Positions 1 to 12,721 of a stretch of DNA of 64,000 bases are shown here, piece by piece. The notes beneath the pieces are model-generated. The model was given only the letters and a program-made list of their open reading frames with translations, did no database searches and was not told the origin of the DNA. How positions within the stretch are numbered: position 1 is the first letter of the stretch; every line of letters starts with the position of its first letter. The DNA lies in assembly GCF_006345805.1 (NCBI RefSeq), contig NC_042998.1, positions 45,136,001-45,200,000 on the forward strand. The letters are read 5' to 3'. The DNA comes from Octopus sinensis. Its lineage: Eukaryota. Position numbers and translations under genes: made by a program.

Positions 1-199
1 AATTTAGAAGTCAATAAAATTACTGTTGACCCACTTTCTCGAATTAATAATTAATAAATAAATGAAATAAACTTCAAAACGTGATTTAATGTAGAGGATG
101 TCTAAAGGTTGGAGACAAGTGACACCAGCAAGCTCCACATAAACAACATGGCACAGATAAGTTCATAGATTAATTAGGTTGAAGAGGAATTAATTGTTG

Positions 200-470
200 T
201 TTATAAGAGTGAAGATTGTATTGGTTTGGACATGTGGATGCACATGGATGATAACAGATGGGTAAAGAGGTGCCGGGAGATGCCAAGTGGAAAGAATACT
301 GCAGAAGAAGAAGTAGAAGAAGACTAAGGAAGACATGGGCGGGCAGAAGTGGCGAAAGCTGATCTCAGGAAGCTGAACCCTTTCCAAAGAGATAACAAAG
401 GGATGAAGCAAATGGCAAGGCTCTGCACTGAGAATGATTTGTCCAATCCATGATGCAAGTATGAAAAAGC
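200..470 (+). mobile_element. RTE-type LINE 3' remnant
   Basis: Broken translation: WFGHV..DNRWVKRCREM..KTW..EVAKADLRKLN. Confidence 0.7.
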
Positions 471-480
471 AGACATAAAA

Positions 481-576
481 ATGACGATGGTGGTAGTGGC
501 GGTGGTGGCGGTGGTGGCGGTGACGGCGGCGGTAGTGGCGGTGGTGGTGGAGGTGGTGGAGGTGGTGGTGGTGGTT

Positions 577-608
<32 letters not shown>

Positions 609-745
609 GGTGGTGGTGATGGTGATGATGGTGGTGGTGGTGGTGGTGGTGGTGGTGATGATGAAGACGATGACAATGATGGCGGCAGCAGCAGCAGCAG
701 TGGCGATGGGGACAACAATGACAACAACAGCAAGAATGACAGTGA
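481..745. repeat. Compound trinucleotide repeat (GTG/GCG/GAT/GCA)
   Basis: Seen directly; source of spurious poly-H, poly-T and poly-V ORFs. Confidence 0.95.
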
Positions 746-953
746 TGAGGATTCTCACCCACAGCTTCTTTCTCCTCGCTTAGACACATCAACCAAAAGG
801 GAACTTCTGCATATATTTGCTTAATGCAGCAGTGTAATACCCTCCCCCAACTAATTCACCATCACCACCTTTAAGAAAAGAAAAAAAATGAGTCATGTAT
901 TGTAAATCTAACATATTGGAATAGTAAGCTCAACAATAAAGATGAAATAGCCA

Positions 954-1160
954 TACTCTTTTACTCTTTTACTTGTTTCAGTCATTTGACTGCGGCCATG
1001 CTGGAGCACTGCCTTTAGTCGAGCAATTCGACCCCAGGACTTATTCTTTGTAAGCCTGGTACTTATTCTATCGGTCTCTTTTGCCGAACTGCTAAGTTAC
1101 GGGGACGTAAACACACCAGCATCGGTTGTCAAGCAATGTTGGGGGAGGGAACAAACACAA

Positions 1161-1194
<34 letters not shown>

Positions 1195-1375
1195 GCACAT
1201 ACATATATATATATGACGGGCTTCTTTCAGTTTCCATCTACCAAATCCACACACAAGGCTTTGGTCGACCGAGGCTATAGTAGAAGACATTTGCCCAAGG
1301 TGCTATGCAGTGGGTTTGAACCCGGAACCATGTGGTTGGTAAGCAAGCTACTTACCACACAGCCACTCCTACGCC
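954..1375 (-). mobile_element. tRNA-derived SINE family A, full copy
   Basis: Head ggcgtaggagtggctgtgtggtaag, tail gactgaaacaagtaaaagagt. Other copies at about 11790-12188(-), 13195-13582(-), 20520-21125(-), 24305-24470(+), 32060-32478(+), 50412-50830(-), 61440-61838(+). Confidence 0.9.
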
Positions 1376-1959
1376 ATGGCAAGAATTTTCAATGAAACAT
1401 TCTGTTTCATCAGTTATGTCTATATCATAGATTAGCTTTGATCAGAGTTGATGTAAACTTAACCAATGATAACAATGCACACAGTTGTTGCTTATTTTCA
1501 ATGATTATCATTGTTATGTTATTAAAAATCAATAGATACATAAAATATAATTTCAAATACTAAAAGTTGTTAAACTTACTCTTTTTGATGCAACATGTTT
1601 TACAAATTTGATTACACAAACATTTTTCTCCTCCAAATCAAAAGGATTTTCAGCACATACCATTATTTTCCACTGGGATTTAATTCCATGTTTTCAAGAA
1701 TATTTCAGATGAAATATCAATTTTTTTTTTTTAATGCTCAAATAAATTTCCTACTTATTAATTAGCCAAATATTTTTAAAATTTTGTATTGAAACATTCA
1801 AATATGAATTTCATTATTCATCCTCATTATATGCAATAAATAATAATAAACACACACACAAAGCAAAATACTTTTTTTTTCTTTTCAGTTTTCCTAAATA
1901 TTCCCTGAGAGGTATTCTATTTAAAGTTTTCTGAAATAATATTTTACTTTACATTCTAG

Positions 1960-2075
1960 TAATCAATGGGGAAAAGGCAGCTGTTAACAACCGATTATTT
2001 GCTCAGAAGCGGGAGCGAACCTTGGACATGTTAATACGTAATATCTACCAAGAATATATGCCTGAACTATCAAAG
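1960..2075 (+). CDS. GARNL3: GARNL3 exon 1 in window: (L)INGEKAAVNNRLFAQKRERTLDMLIRNIYQEYMPELSK, end of Rap-GAP domain
   Basis: ttctag acceptor, gttagt donor, 116 nt, phase 1 to 0. Confidence 0.95.
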
Positions 2076-2640
2076 GTTAGTTTCTGTTAATTCACCATCT
2101 GTAATTTCTGAAATTTTCCACCTCTTTGGAGTAATGATAAACTCCAGGAGGTATTTCAAATCTGTCCGGGATAATTTAAACCTGGTTGAGGTTTTACTTC
2201 CTTATTCTTTTGCTGTTTCTTTATTCTTTTGCTTGTTTCAGTCATTAGACTGTGGCCATGCTGGGGCACCATCTTGAACTACTACTCCTGTCCCTCTATA
2301 CTTCTAATCTCTCATAAACTGGCACAAAGTCACCACCCCTCTCATTAGTATTCCCTCCTCCCAGCTCAGGTGATTTTGTCTTGCAAGTTAATTGGTGATC
2401 TTGCCAGTGGTGTTGCTAGGTACAAAGCACCCAGTATACTCTGTAAAGTGGTTAGCATTAGGAAGAGCATCCAGCCATAAAAGCCATACTAAAACAAACA
2501 ATGGAGCTGAGTGTGGGCCCTAGTCTTACCAGCTCCTGTCAAACCATCCAACTAATGCCAGCATGGAAAACGGATGTTAAATGATGATGGAATGACAATG
2601 AAATGATGATGATGATATATATGAAGGTATATGTATGTAT

Positions 2641-2895
2641 GTGTGGAGGTGCATGGTTTAGTGGTTAGGGTGTTGAACTCATGATCATAAGGTTGTGGTT
2701 TCGATTCCTGGACCGGGTGATGCGTTGTGTTCTTGAGCAAAACACTTCAATTCACGTTGCTCCTGTCCACTCAGCTGGCAAAAATGAGTAACGCTGCGAT
2801 GGACTGGCATCCTGTCCAGCTGGGGAACACATACGCCATTGAAACCAGGAAACCAGCCCTTATGAGCCTGGCATAGCTCTAGAAGGTACATTTAT
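2641..2895 (+). mobile_element. tRNA-derived SINE family C
   Basis: Head gtggaggtgcatggtttagtggttagggtg. Copies at about 9245-9470, 17288-17535, 22215-22445(-). Confidence 0.85.
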
Positions 2896-3071
2896 ATGTA
2901 TATATGTATGTATGTATGTGTGTGTGAGTGTTTGTCTCTCCTTGCCTTGACATTGCATGATAGCTGTAAATAAGTGTTACTGTCATACAAGCAGTGTCAT
3001 TCATTCGCAATATTTTACAAAAACATGCCTGGCCAAGGGAAACAGGCAAAGGTTGATGACAAGAAGAGCAT

Positions 3072-3300
3072 CGAGCTGGCAGAAACATTAGCACACCGGG
3101 CAAAATGCTTAGCGGTATTTTGTCTGCTGTTACATTCTGAGTTCAAATTCCGCCGAGGTCGACTTTGCTTTTCATCCTTTCAAGGTCAATGAATTAAGTA
3201 CCAGTTATGCACTGGGGTCGATGTAATCGACTTAATCCCTTTGTCTGTTCTTGTTTGTCCCCTCCATATTTAGCCCCTTGTGGGCAATAAAGAAATAAGA
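3072..3300 (+). mobile_element. SINE family B (gagctggcagaaacgttagc...caataaagaaataag)
   Basis: Copies at about 9850-10090(-), 20745-20969(-), 39078-39298(-), 41198-41430(-), 41562-41795(+), plus many partials. Confidence 0.9.
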
Positions 3301-4588
3301 AGGGCATCCGTCCTTAGAAAATCTGCATCAATAAACCCCTGTCCAAACCATGCAAGCATGGAAAAGTGGACATAAAAATGATGATGATGATGATAAATAT
3401 CTAGATCATGATCTTTTATAGGGCATTTGAGACTACCTGGAGAGAGGAATTAGGTTATTTGCCAACCAGAGACTGGTCTCAAATGCTTGCAACAGAGCTG
3501 ATGTCAGTAAAGGCATCCAGGGACTGAGCAACAATCATTGAAACTATTGACCCATTTGCATTCAGAAAATTCTCTCAAATCATCTCATCATCATCATCTG
3601 ATATCCGTTTTCCATGCTGGCATGGGTTGGACGGTTTGAATGAAAACTGATAAGCTACACCAGGTTCCAATCTGATTTGGCATGGTTTCTACAGCTGGAA
3701 GCCCTTCCCAACACCAACCACTTCAAGAGTGTAGTGGGTGATTTTTGTGTGTCACTGGCACAGGTGCCAGTTACGAAACACCAGCATCAGCCACAACTGT
3801 GATCTCACTTGGCTTGACAGGTCTTCCCAAGCGTGCTATATTGCCGAAGGTCTCGGCCACTTGTCACTGCCTCCATGAGGTCCAAATTTCATAGGATGCT
3901 TTTTTCATGCCGATTAATCAAGCATTATCTTGTTGCTTCAAGATTTTGACGATGTGACTGTTTATTTTTAGAATGATATTGTAGGGCAGGTGTAAGAGGC
4001 AGCATCTGGCCAGTTTGAACATAAAGCAGGTAGAATAATTTTGGCCAGATATAGCCAGTTTAGATGCTAGCTAAACAGTTAACCCTTTAGCATTTGTTTT
4101 GGGTTAGTTCACACGTAAATGAACTTCCATTATTGCGTGTTAAAATGAGCTATAAATTGAATTTGTCGACCACTTCTATATCAACCATTAGTTTATCAAA
4201 AGCTATAGTACAGATAAATCCCATGAGTAAGAAGGTTAATTTACACAGCAGTTAACTATTGGAAAACTGTCAAACTGCATTGTCGGTATTAAACTGCATA
4301 ACAAATGAAGTCTACCACTCAAAATTTAATGTCACTTGTAATCATAACCAGCTCGGAAGCCATACTAAGATTTAGACTACATAGAGTGTGTGAAAACAAG
4401 GAAATTTGAATTATTCCTATGGTATAAGCACAGGCATGGATGTGTGGTTAACAGGCTTGCTTCTCAACCATGTAGTCTTGGGTTCAGTTCCACTGTGCAG
4501 CATCTTAAGCAAGCATCATCTACTATAGCCCTGGGACAATCAAGGCCTTGTGAGTGGATTTAGTAGAGAAACTGAAAGAAGCCCACGT

Positions 4589-4639
<51 letters not shown>

Positions 4640-5619
4640 TATATCCACTAGTCACCATGATAGATCGTTAGCCACTACACACATTTTTTTCTCTCCTTGT
4701 TTTTTCTGTGTCCCTTTCTGTAGAAGAGCGTAGGCTCGAAATGTAAAAGACTTTTTCTATTCCTAAGCGTTATACTAATACATCTGTTTGTTTTGTACAC
4801 CACCTGTCTTTGTCTTTTGTTTTTTTTCATAAACTCTCCCTATAAATATACATATATATGTTTATATATTCGTTTTGCAAGATTCTTGATGTGAATTCAT
4901 GTGCTGAAACAGATATTGTTGTATTTGGGGATGGTCATGTTGCCATTTTAGCCAATAAAAACACATGCACTTTATATTTGGTGTTCATTTCCTTCAGCTT
5001 TATTTTATATTAATTGTATTTCAGCCAGAGTTCTTTCATCACACTTCCGTGACCTCATCAGTGGTTCTCTGCTTTCTTCTTTCTTTTTTGTGTCTCTCCT
5101 TACTAACGATGTTCTTTCGTCACACTTCTGTGACTACTACAAAATCGTAGATCGTGATGGGGGGTGGCTTTGGTGATGGTGGTGATGATGGTAGTGATGA
5201 TAATAATAATGATGTATATGCTTTATCTTGTAGAGATAGAAGTTATTGAAATAAGGGCGGTGGGGATCACTAAAGTGGCGGCATCGGTTAGTGGTGTAAT
5301 TTTCATAAATATCTCATCATATGATATCTCTTATCAGATATCATAGCAAACAGAGAATTTTGTGGAAGATTACAACTCTGCGATTCCTGTGAACCTTTCA
5401 TTTTCTATTAAATTATGTAAACAGTAAGGTTATGTTTCTTAGAAGTATAATAACTATCAATTATGTTGTTAGTATTGCAACATAACAGTTTCAAAGACAA
5501 AATTTACGCAGTTTATCATCTCTCAGTGAAAACTAACAGACTAACATTGTTATTTCATTCTCATATGAGAAACTTAATTGTACAGTTATTGCAAATATTG
5601 TCTAGAAGATATACATATG

Positions 5620-5848
5620 CACACATATATATATGTATGCATACATACATGCACATATGTATATACACATACATGTGTATATAGGTGCATTTATATATAT
5701 ATGATTATATATATTCATACATGTGTGTGTGTGTAAATGAATAAAAAAGACTAACTAAAAGACAGGGGTATAAACTGCATAGTAAGCAAACCCATACATA
5801 CACACACAAAACACACACACTAAACACAGACAGACACACACACGCATG

Positions 5849-5879
<31 letters not shown>

Positions 5880-5907
5880 AGACACACACACATGCACACA
5901 CACACAC

Positions 5908-5975
<68 letters not shown>

Positions 5976-5980
5976 GATGC
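5620..5980. repeat. (TA)/(CA) microsatellite complex
   Basis: Seen directly. Similar tracts at about 8000-8600, 10835-11180, 23065-23260, 27300-27455, 37865-37960, 58670-58745, 59395-59515. Confidence 0.95.
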
Positions 5981-6689
5981 AAACACATGTGCAGATAATG
6001 ATACACACTACAGAAAGACAGAATAGGCTAAACAGGATAAGAAAAGATACATGGGAGTCATTGAAGAGGTCTCAGGATGTATGACAAAAGATTTCAAACA
6101 AAGGACACTAAAATAATGATGATGATGATAAAGCTTAAGTGTGTGTGGTTATTCGGCAAAAAACAGAAAATGACCATCCCAAAATATAATAATGAATTTT
6201 AATAGGAATAACCAAAATAGGGTTGTAAACCCAATTGAGCCAATAGACTGCCTCATAGATTTCGTCTGTTTCAGTCACTGGACAGTGGCCATGCTGGGGC
6301 ACAGCCTTGAAGGGGTTTTAATCAAACAAATCAATCCTGAAACTTCTTTTTCTTTTTAAATCTGGTACATATTATATCAGTGTCTTTTGCTAAACTATGG
6401 CATAACCAGGGTCGGCCTTAGGGTCGCTGACACCCTGGGCAAGATGAGCTTCAGCATGTACAAGCTGACAGTTGTAGAAGTTTCTTTGTCTTTGTCATGT
6501 CCTCTTTGGCACCCCCCAGCACATGGTGCCCCAGGCGACTGCCCGAGTTGCAGGTTCCTTCAGCCAGCCCTGGACATAACTAACACTGGTTGTCCAGAGG
6601 TGGTGGGACAAACACAGACACAAAGACACATACACATAGGTATATTTATATATATATATATATATTATCATCATCATCATCATCATCAT

Positions 6690-6990
6690 CATCATTTAGC
6701 GTCCGCTTTCCATGCTAGCATGGGTTGGACGGTTCAACTGGGGTCTGTGAAGCCAGAAGGCTGCATCAGGCCCAGTCTGATCTGGCAGTGTTTCTACGGC
6801 TGGATGCCCTTCCTAACGCCAACCACTCCATGAGTGTAGTGGGTGCTTTTTACGTGCCACCTGCACAGGTGCCAGATGGAGCTGGCAAACGGCCACGGAC
6901 GGATGGTGCTTTTTACGTGCCACTGGCACGAGGGCCAGGTGAGGCTGGCAATGGCCACGATCGGATGGTGCTTTTTACGTGCCAGGGTGC
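6690..6990 (-). mobile_element. Repeat family E: SINE/LINE-like 3' end with (GAT)n tail and internal tandem ggtgctttttacgtgccac units
   Basis: Copies at about 2400-2615, 9640-9840, 15950-16350, 46020-46255, 55420-55560, 62500-62850. Confidence 0.8.
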
Positions 6991-7398
6991 AGTGAATTAC
7001 ACAAAAATGAAAATAACACTGGCATATCATTTTAACAGATATATTTACCAAAATTACATTAAAATATTTTGAAATATTAAAGAGTAAATTTATTCAATAA
7101 AATCACCATATGTGTGTATGTATATGTATTTGTGTATCTGTATGTATGTGTGTGTGCATGTATGTATGTATGTATGTATGTATGTATGTATGTATGTATG
7201 TATGTATGTAGTTTTCTAATTTACAATAGCTCACTCAAAACTATTTTAGCAGGCACTTGCCAAAGTTGCCAGGCAGTGGGACTGAACTAGAAACGACAGA
7301 ACTATGGGATAAACGTTTTAACTCACACTAATACCTGCATCTACTATATACAAAAATTACCTGCACATCCCTATTAAAAGTTAATTTATTTATACCCA

Positions 7399-7695
7399 CG
7401 GGCATATGGCATAGTGGTTAAGAGCGTGGGCTACTAACCCCAAGATTCCTAGTTCGATTCCAGGTAGTGACCTGAATAATAATAATATTAATAATAACAA
7501 CATCAAAAAATACCTTAGGAATGAGAACCCAGGTTCAAAATTTCCCCAAGACACCTGAAGAAGGCTGGAGGGTAAATCAACCAAAATGTTGTGTTAACAA
7601 CAAACAAGATGAGGACAATTATCATTCGAATGTAAATAACGTAAATAATGTAAATAATGTACATAATTCCTCATCTCTTAAATATAGAACTGTGT
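7399..7695 (+). mobile_element. tRNA(Ser)-like-headed SINE with hammerhead-like body
   Basis: A box TGGCATAGTGG at 7407-7417, B box GTTCGATTCC at 7452-7461, CTGAAGA at 7555-7561. Confidence 0.75.
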
Positions 7696-7744
7696 ATTCG
7701 TCTATTATGTGTTAACTGAAATATATTCTTCCTTTATTTTTCAG

Positions 7745-7849
7745 AATAATATCTTGTATCGCAGGGCTTTCAGTGATGTGATAGGAGATGGCCATGGGTC
7801 AAGGAGAAAAGAACGAGCTAGGCAGGCCGAATTTGTCCGAATTGGTCAG
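7745..7849 (+). CDS. GARNL3: GARNL3 exon 2: NNILYRRAFSDVIGDGHGSRRKERARQAEFVRIGQ
   Basis: tttcag / gtgaga, 105 nt, phase 0 to 0. Confidence 0.95.
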
Positions 7850-8407
7850 GTGAGATTTCATTCAAAACAAAGAAGTTTGAAAAAAGATAGAGGAATGAGG
7901 GTAAAATTTATCCTGTGAAAATATGCATTTAAATTGAAAGCAAAGCAGGATGATTAAAATGTTTGCTTTGCAACCAGTGAGCAATATCTTGTGAATAGAA
8001 CACATGCATATACATATATATATATATATACACAAACATACAATACTCACATACATACATATGTATGTGTGTCTGGGTGTATGTGATGCATGTATGTCCC
8101 ACTCTCTCTCTCTTTCTCTAATTCTCTTTCTCTCACATCTATAAGGTAAAATATATAAATATATGTATGTAAGTATATATATTATATATATGTGTGTGTA
8201 TACATATTCACAAATATATATATACACACACACACATATATATATGTATATATATGTATATATATGTATATATATGTATATACAATACTCACATACATAT
8301 GTATGTGATGTGTGTATGTCTCTCACTTTATCTCTCTCACATCTATAAGGTAAAATATATAAATATATGTATGTATATATATGTGTGTGTGTATATATTC
8401 ACATACA

Positions 8408-8443
<36 letters not shown>

Positions 8444-9148
8444 TGTATGTATGTATGTATGTAGTATGTATGTATGTATGTGTCTATGTATGTATGTGTC
8501 TGTGTGTTTTTTTAGTGTATCTGAGTGTGTGTGCACGCGTGTATATCCCTTCATTTATGAAGTGATGTTAAGAGTGTGTGTGTGTTTGCATTGTGTGTAT
8601 GTCTGTATGCTTTTAGAGACAATGACCAAGAAAATAAGGTGCCAAACTGCTTCCATTGTTCCCAACATATTCTAAAGCTGTATATATTCAAGAGACAGCG
8701 TGAAAGATTTCCTTATCTTCTTTACAATATTTAATCCTAATTTGTCACCTGAATCATCAACACAGTTTGGAACAGGTGTGTAAAATCTTTACTGTTTAGA
8801 AATAAGGACACTTATAAAAAGTATAAAGATAAGAAAATTTAGTTCCTCAGACACATATATACACGTGTGTGTGTGTGTGTAAGATACTAAAAATTATGTG
8901 TATATGTATGAGTGCATATATGTGTGTGTGTGTTTGTATAAACACACACAACACACAAATATATGCATGTATGTGAGTGTGTATATATACACAAATATAT
9001 GTGTGTATGTATGCATGTGTATACACACACACACACATACATACATGCATGCATTTCTATGTATATATCTTAGTATCATTATCTTGTAACATTTATCTTC
9101 AATGATGGCGGGGTTGGCTGGTTTAACAGGATGTTCATGCACTTGTGT

Positions 9149-9189
<41 letters not shown>

Positions 9190-10160
9190 CGTGCGTGTGA
9201 ATGTATGAGTCACTAAATATTATACGTGTATATGCATGCATATATGGAAGCATGTGACTTAGTAGTTAAGGAGTTGCACTCGTGATCATAAAATTGTGGT
9301 TTCAATTCCTGAACTGGAAGAAGTATTGTATTCTTGAGCGAAACATTTCAGTTCATGTTGCTGCAGTCCTCTCAGCAGGCAAAAATGAGTAATCCTGCAA
9401 TGAACTGGCATCCTGTCCAGATGGGGAATACATACACTACAGAATCCAGGAGACTAGCCTGATGAGCCCATCTGTGCGTGTGTGATGAAGACAATTTGCT
9501 GTGCTTGAAAACACATGTCAAGCTAAATTACAGCGTGATTGGCCTTGCATACAGGCTTGTCCCCTGCAGCTCTCTCTCTCTCTGGCTGAGTGTTCCTAAT
9601 CTTGCAGGCTCATGAGTTTTAGTGCCACATAGTAAAAAGTACCATGCCAGTACTAACTAAAAGCACATAGTACACTCTGTAAAGTGTTTGCATTAGGAAG
9701 GGAATCCAGTCATAGAAACCATGCCAAAACAGACAGGGAGCCTGAACAGCCCTTCAGCTGGTCAGCTTCTGTCAAACCATCCAACTCATGCCAACATAGA
9801 AAGCATATTAAACAACGACAACGATGATGATGATGATTAGAAAATATATATTCTTCTTATTTCTTTACTGTCCACAAGGAGCTACACACAGAGGGAACAA
9901 ACAAGGACAGACAAACGGATTAAGTTGATTATATCAACTCCAGTGCATAACTGGTACTTATTAAATCGACCCCGAAAGAATGAAAAGCAAAGTCGACCTC
10001 AGCGGAATTTGAACTCAGAACATAGCAGCAGATGAAATAACGCTAAGCATTTTGCCTGGCGTGCTCATGTTTCTGCCAGCTCACCGCCTTATATATTTTT
10101 CTTGTTATATATTCTTCTTATATATTCTTCTTGTTGACATTTATTCCCTTCTTGTTTCAG

Positions 10161-10235
10161 ACGTTAAAACTGAAGACCATCTTGAAAGGTGATGCCCCAA
10201 CAAGCCAGATAAACACAGACATTTTGAAACGAGAG
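10161..10235 (+). CDS. GARNL3: GARNL3 exon 3: TLKLKTILKGDAPTSQINTDILKRE
   Basis: tttcag / gttagt, 75 nt, phase 0 to 0. Confidence 0.95.
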
Positions 10236-10835
10236 GTTAGTTTCTAAAAAACAAAAACATTTTCCTAGAATATCTCTGATTCTCTTGGTTGAGTGTGAAG
10301 TGTTTTAACCTTTTTGATACCAGCACACCTGAAGCTGTCTCCGATTCTATGATACAAACTTCCTCTTTTAACCCTTTAGCATTTAAACCAGTCATATCCA
10401 GCCAAAATATTCTTCCTTCTTTATGTCCAAACTGACCAGATCCAACTTCTCACACCTGCCTTCCAATGTTAGTCCCAAAAATATAATCACAAAATCAAAA
10501 TCTCAAAGCTATAATATAATGCAGGATAAATTCAAAACAATATGAATAAATGTTACATTTGATAGAATAATCTGAGTGCTAAAGGGCATGGCTTACAGGT
10601 TTGAGCTCACAACCATGAAGTAGTGAGTTTGATTCCCAGTCTGAGCTGTGTGTTGTGTAAGACACTTTATTTGCCTTCCCTTTGGATAACATCAGTGGTG
10701 TGAAGAGGGGAGGCTGGTATGCATGGGTGACTGCTGGTCTCCCATAAACAACCTTGCCCAGATTTGTGCCTTGAAGGGTAACTTTCTAAGTGCAGTCCCA
10801 TGGTCATTCATGACCAAAGGGGATCTTTACCCATT

Positions 10836-10911
<76 letters not shown>

Positions 10912-10915
10912 ATAT

Positions 10916-10947
<32 letters not shown>

Positions 10948-11119
10948 GTGTGTATACATATAGGTGTGTATACATATATGTGTGTATAATTATGTATATA
11001 TATATATATATATATATACATATACATACATATACATATATATAATATATATATACATATACATACATATACATACATATACATATATATAATATATATA
11101 TATATATACATATACATAC

Positions 11120-11181
<62 letters not shown>

Positions 11182-11182
11182 G

Positions 11183-11522
11183 ATGGCACATGGCTCAGAG
11201 GTTAGAGCATACACTAGTCATGAGGTAGTGAGTTTCATTGCTGGACCAGGCAGTGTGTTGTGTTCTTGAGCAAGACACTTTATTTCAAGTTGCTCCAGTT
11301 CACTCAGCTGTAGAAATGAGTAGCAAAGTCATTGGTGCCAAGCTGTATCAGCCTTTGCCTTTCCCTTGGATAACATTGGCGGCACGGATAGGGGGGGGCT
11401 GGTATACATGGGCAACGGCTGGTCTTCCATAAACAACCTTGCCTGGACTTGTGTCTCAGACGGTAACTTTCTAGGTGCAATCCCATGGTCATTCATGACC
11501 AAAGGGTTCCTTTACACTTTAC
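11183..11522 (+). mobile_element. tRNA-derived SINE family D
   Basis: Copies at about 10585-10832, 45627-45965, 60331-60675; shared end caatcccatggtcattcatgacc. Confidence 0.85.
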
Positions 11523-11997
11523 CCTAAAGGGCTAAAGAAATCACGATTTAAAACCTTCCATCAAAATTAACAACCAGGGTTAGCTTGATTACAGCCCCAT
11601 GACTTAACAGATGGAAAAAGGAGACTAATAGAATACATACTAGGCATTAAAAATAAGTACTGGGGTCGATATATTGAAATAAAATTCTTCAAGGTAGTGC
11701 CCTAGGGTGGCCACAGTCTAATGACAGAAACATATATAAAATAAATATGGGTCTGTTATTTTTGGTTTTGTTTTTGTTTATTCTTTTATTATTTTACTTG
11801 TTTCAGTCATTTGGCCATGCTGGAGCACCGCCTTGAGTCGAGCAAATTGACCTCAGGACTTATTCTTTGTAAACCTAGTACTTATTCTATCTGTGTCTTT
11901 TGCTGAACCGCTAAGTTACGGGGACATAAAGGCACCAGCATCAGTTGCCAAGTGATGTTGGGGGTACAAACACAGACACACAAACATATACCCACAC

Positions 11998-12028
<31 letters not shown>

Positions 12029-12265
12029 TATATATGACAGGCTCCTTTCAGTTTCCATCTACCAAATCCACTCACAAGGCTTTGGTCGGCCCGAGACTAT
12101 AGTAGAAGACACTTGCCCAAGGTGCCACACAGTGGGACTGAACTTGGAACCATGTGGCTGGTAAGCAAGCTACTTACCACACAGCCATTTGTATTTTGTT
12201 TTTGTTTGTTGTTTTTTTTTTGTTTTTTTTACTAATACTGTGTTTTCGTTGTTCTCCCTCTGTAG

Positions 12266-12329
12266 CCATGGGAACCGCAGATCTACTACAGTGAATTCCC
12301 TCACCATATAACTTGTGCTGATTCATGGG
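12266..12329 (+). CDS. GARNL3: GARNL3 exon 4: PWEPQIYYSEFPHHITCADSW(G)
   Basis: ctgtag / gtaagt, 64 nt, phase 0 to 1. Confidence 0.95.
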
Positions 12330-12458
12330 GTAAGTTACAACTGCTCCCATTTTTCTTTTTAACAATTCAAAATGTCAAGAGATTTGAATTTTTGTAAGAC
12401 ATTTTGTCAAATTTTTTATACTAAGAATTGCTTCATTGTTTTATGAGCCCTCAATTTC

Positions 12459-12502
<44 letters not shown>

Positions 12503-12681
12503 TATCATCATTATTGTTTCAATGTACACTTTTCCATGCTTGCATGGTTCAGACAGAATTTATGGAAGCAGGCTTTTTAATGGCCAGAAACCCTTCCTGT
12601 TGCCAACATTCACCTGTTTTCAAGTCCTTCATGTGTGTGTGCGTGTATGCGTGTGTGTGTTGTGTGTGTGTGTGTGTGCGT

Positions 12682-12721
<40 letters not shown>

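Noticed and set aside
190-792. 200-aa His-rich ORF and overlapping poly-T and poly-V ORFs
   Set aside because: Translation of a trinucleotide repeat plus a LINE remnant; no splice context or homology.
7399-7470. tRNA gene
   Set aside because: A and B boxes are present but the acceptor stem does not pair; it is a SINE head. The same applies to the heads of families A, C and D.
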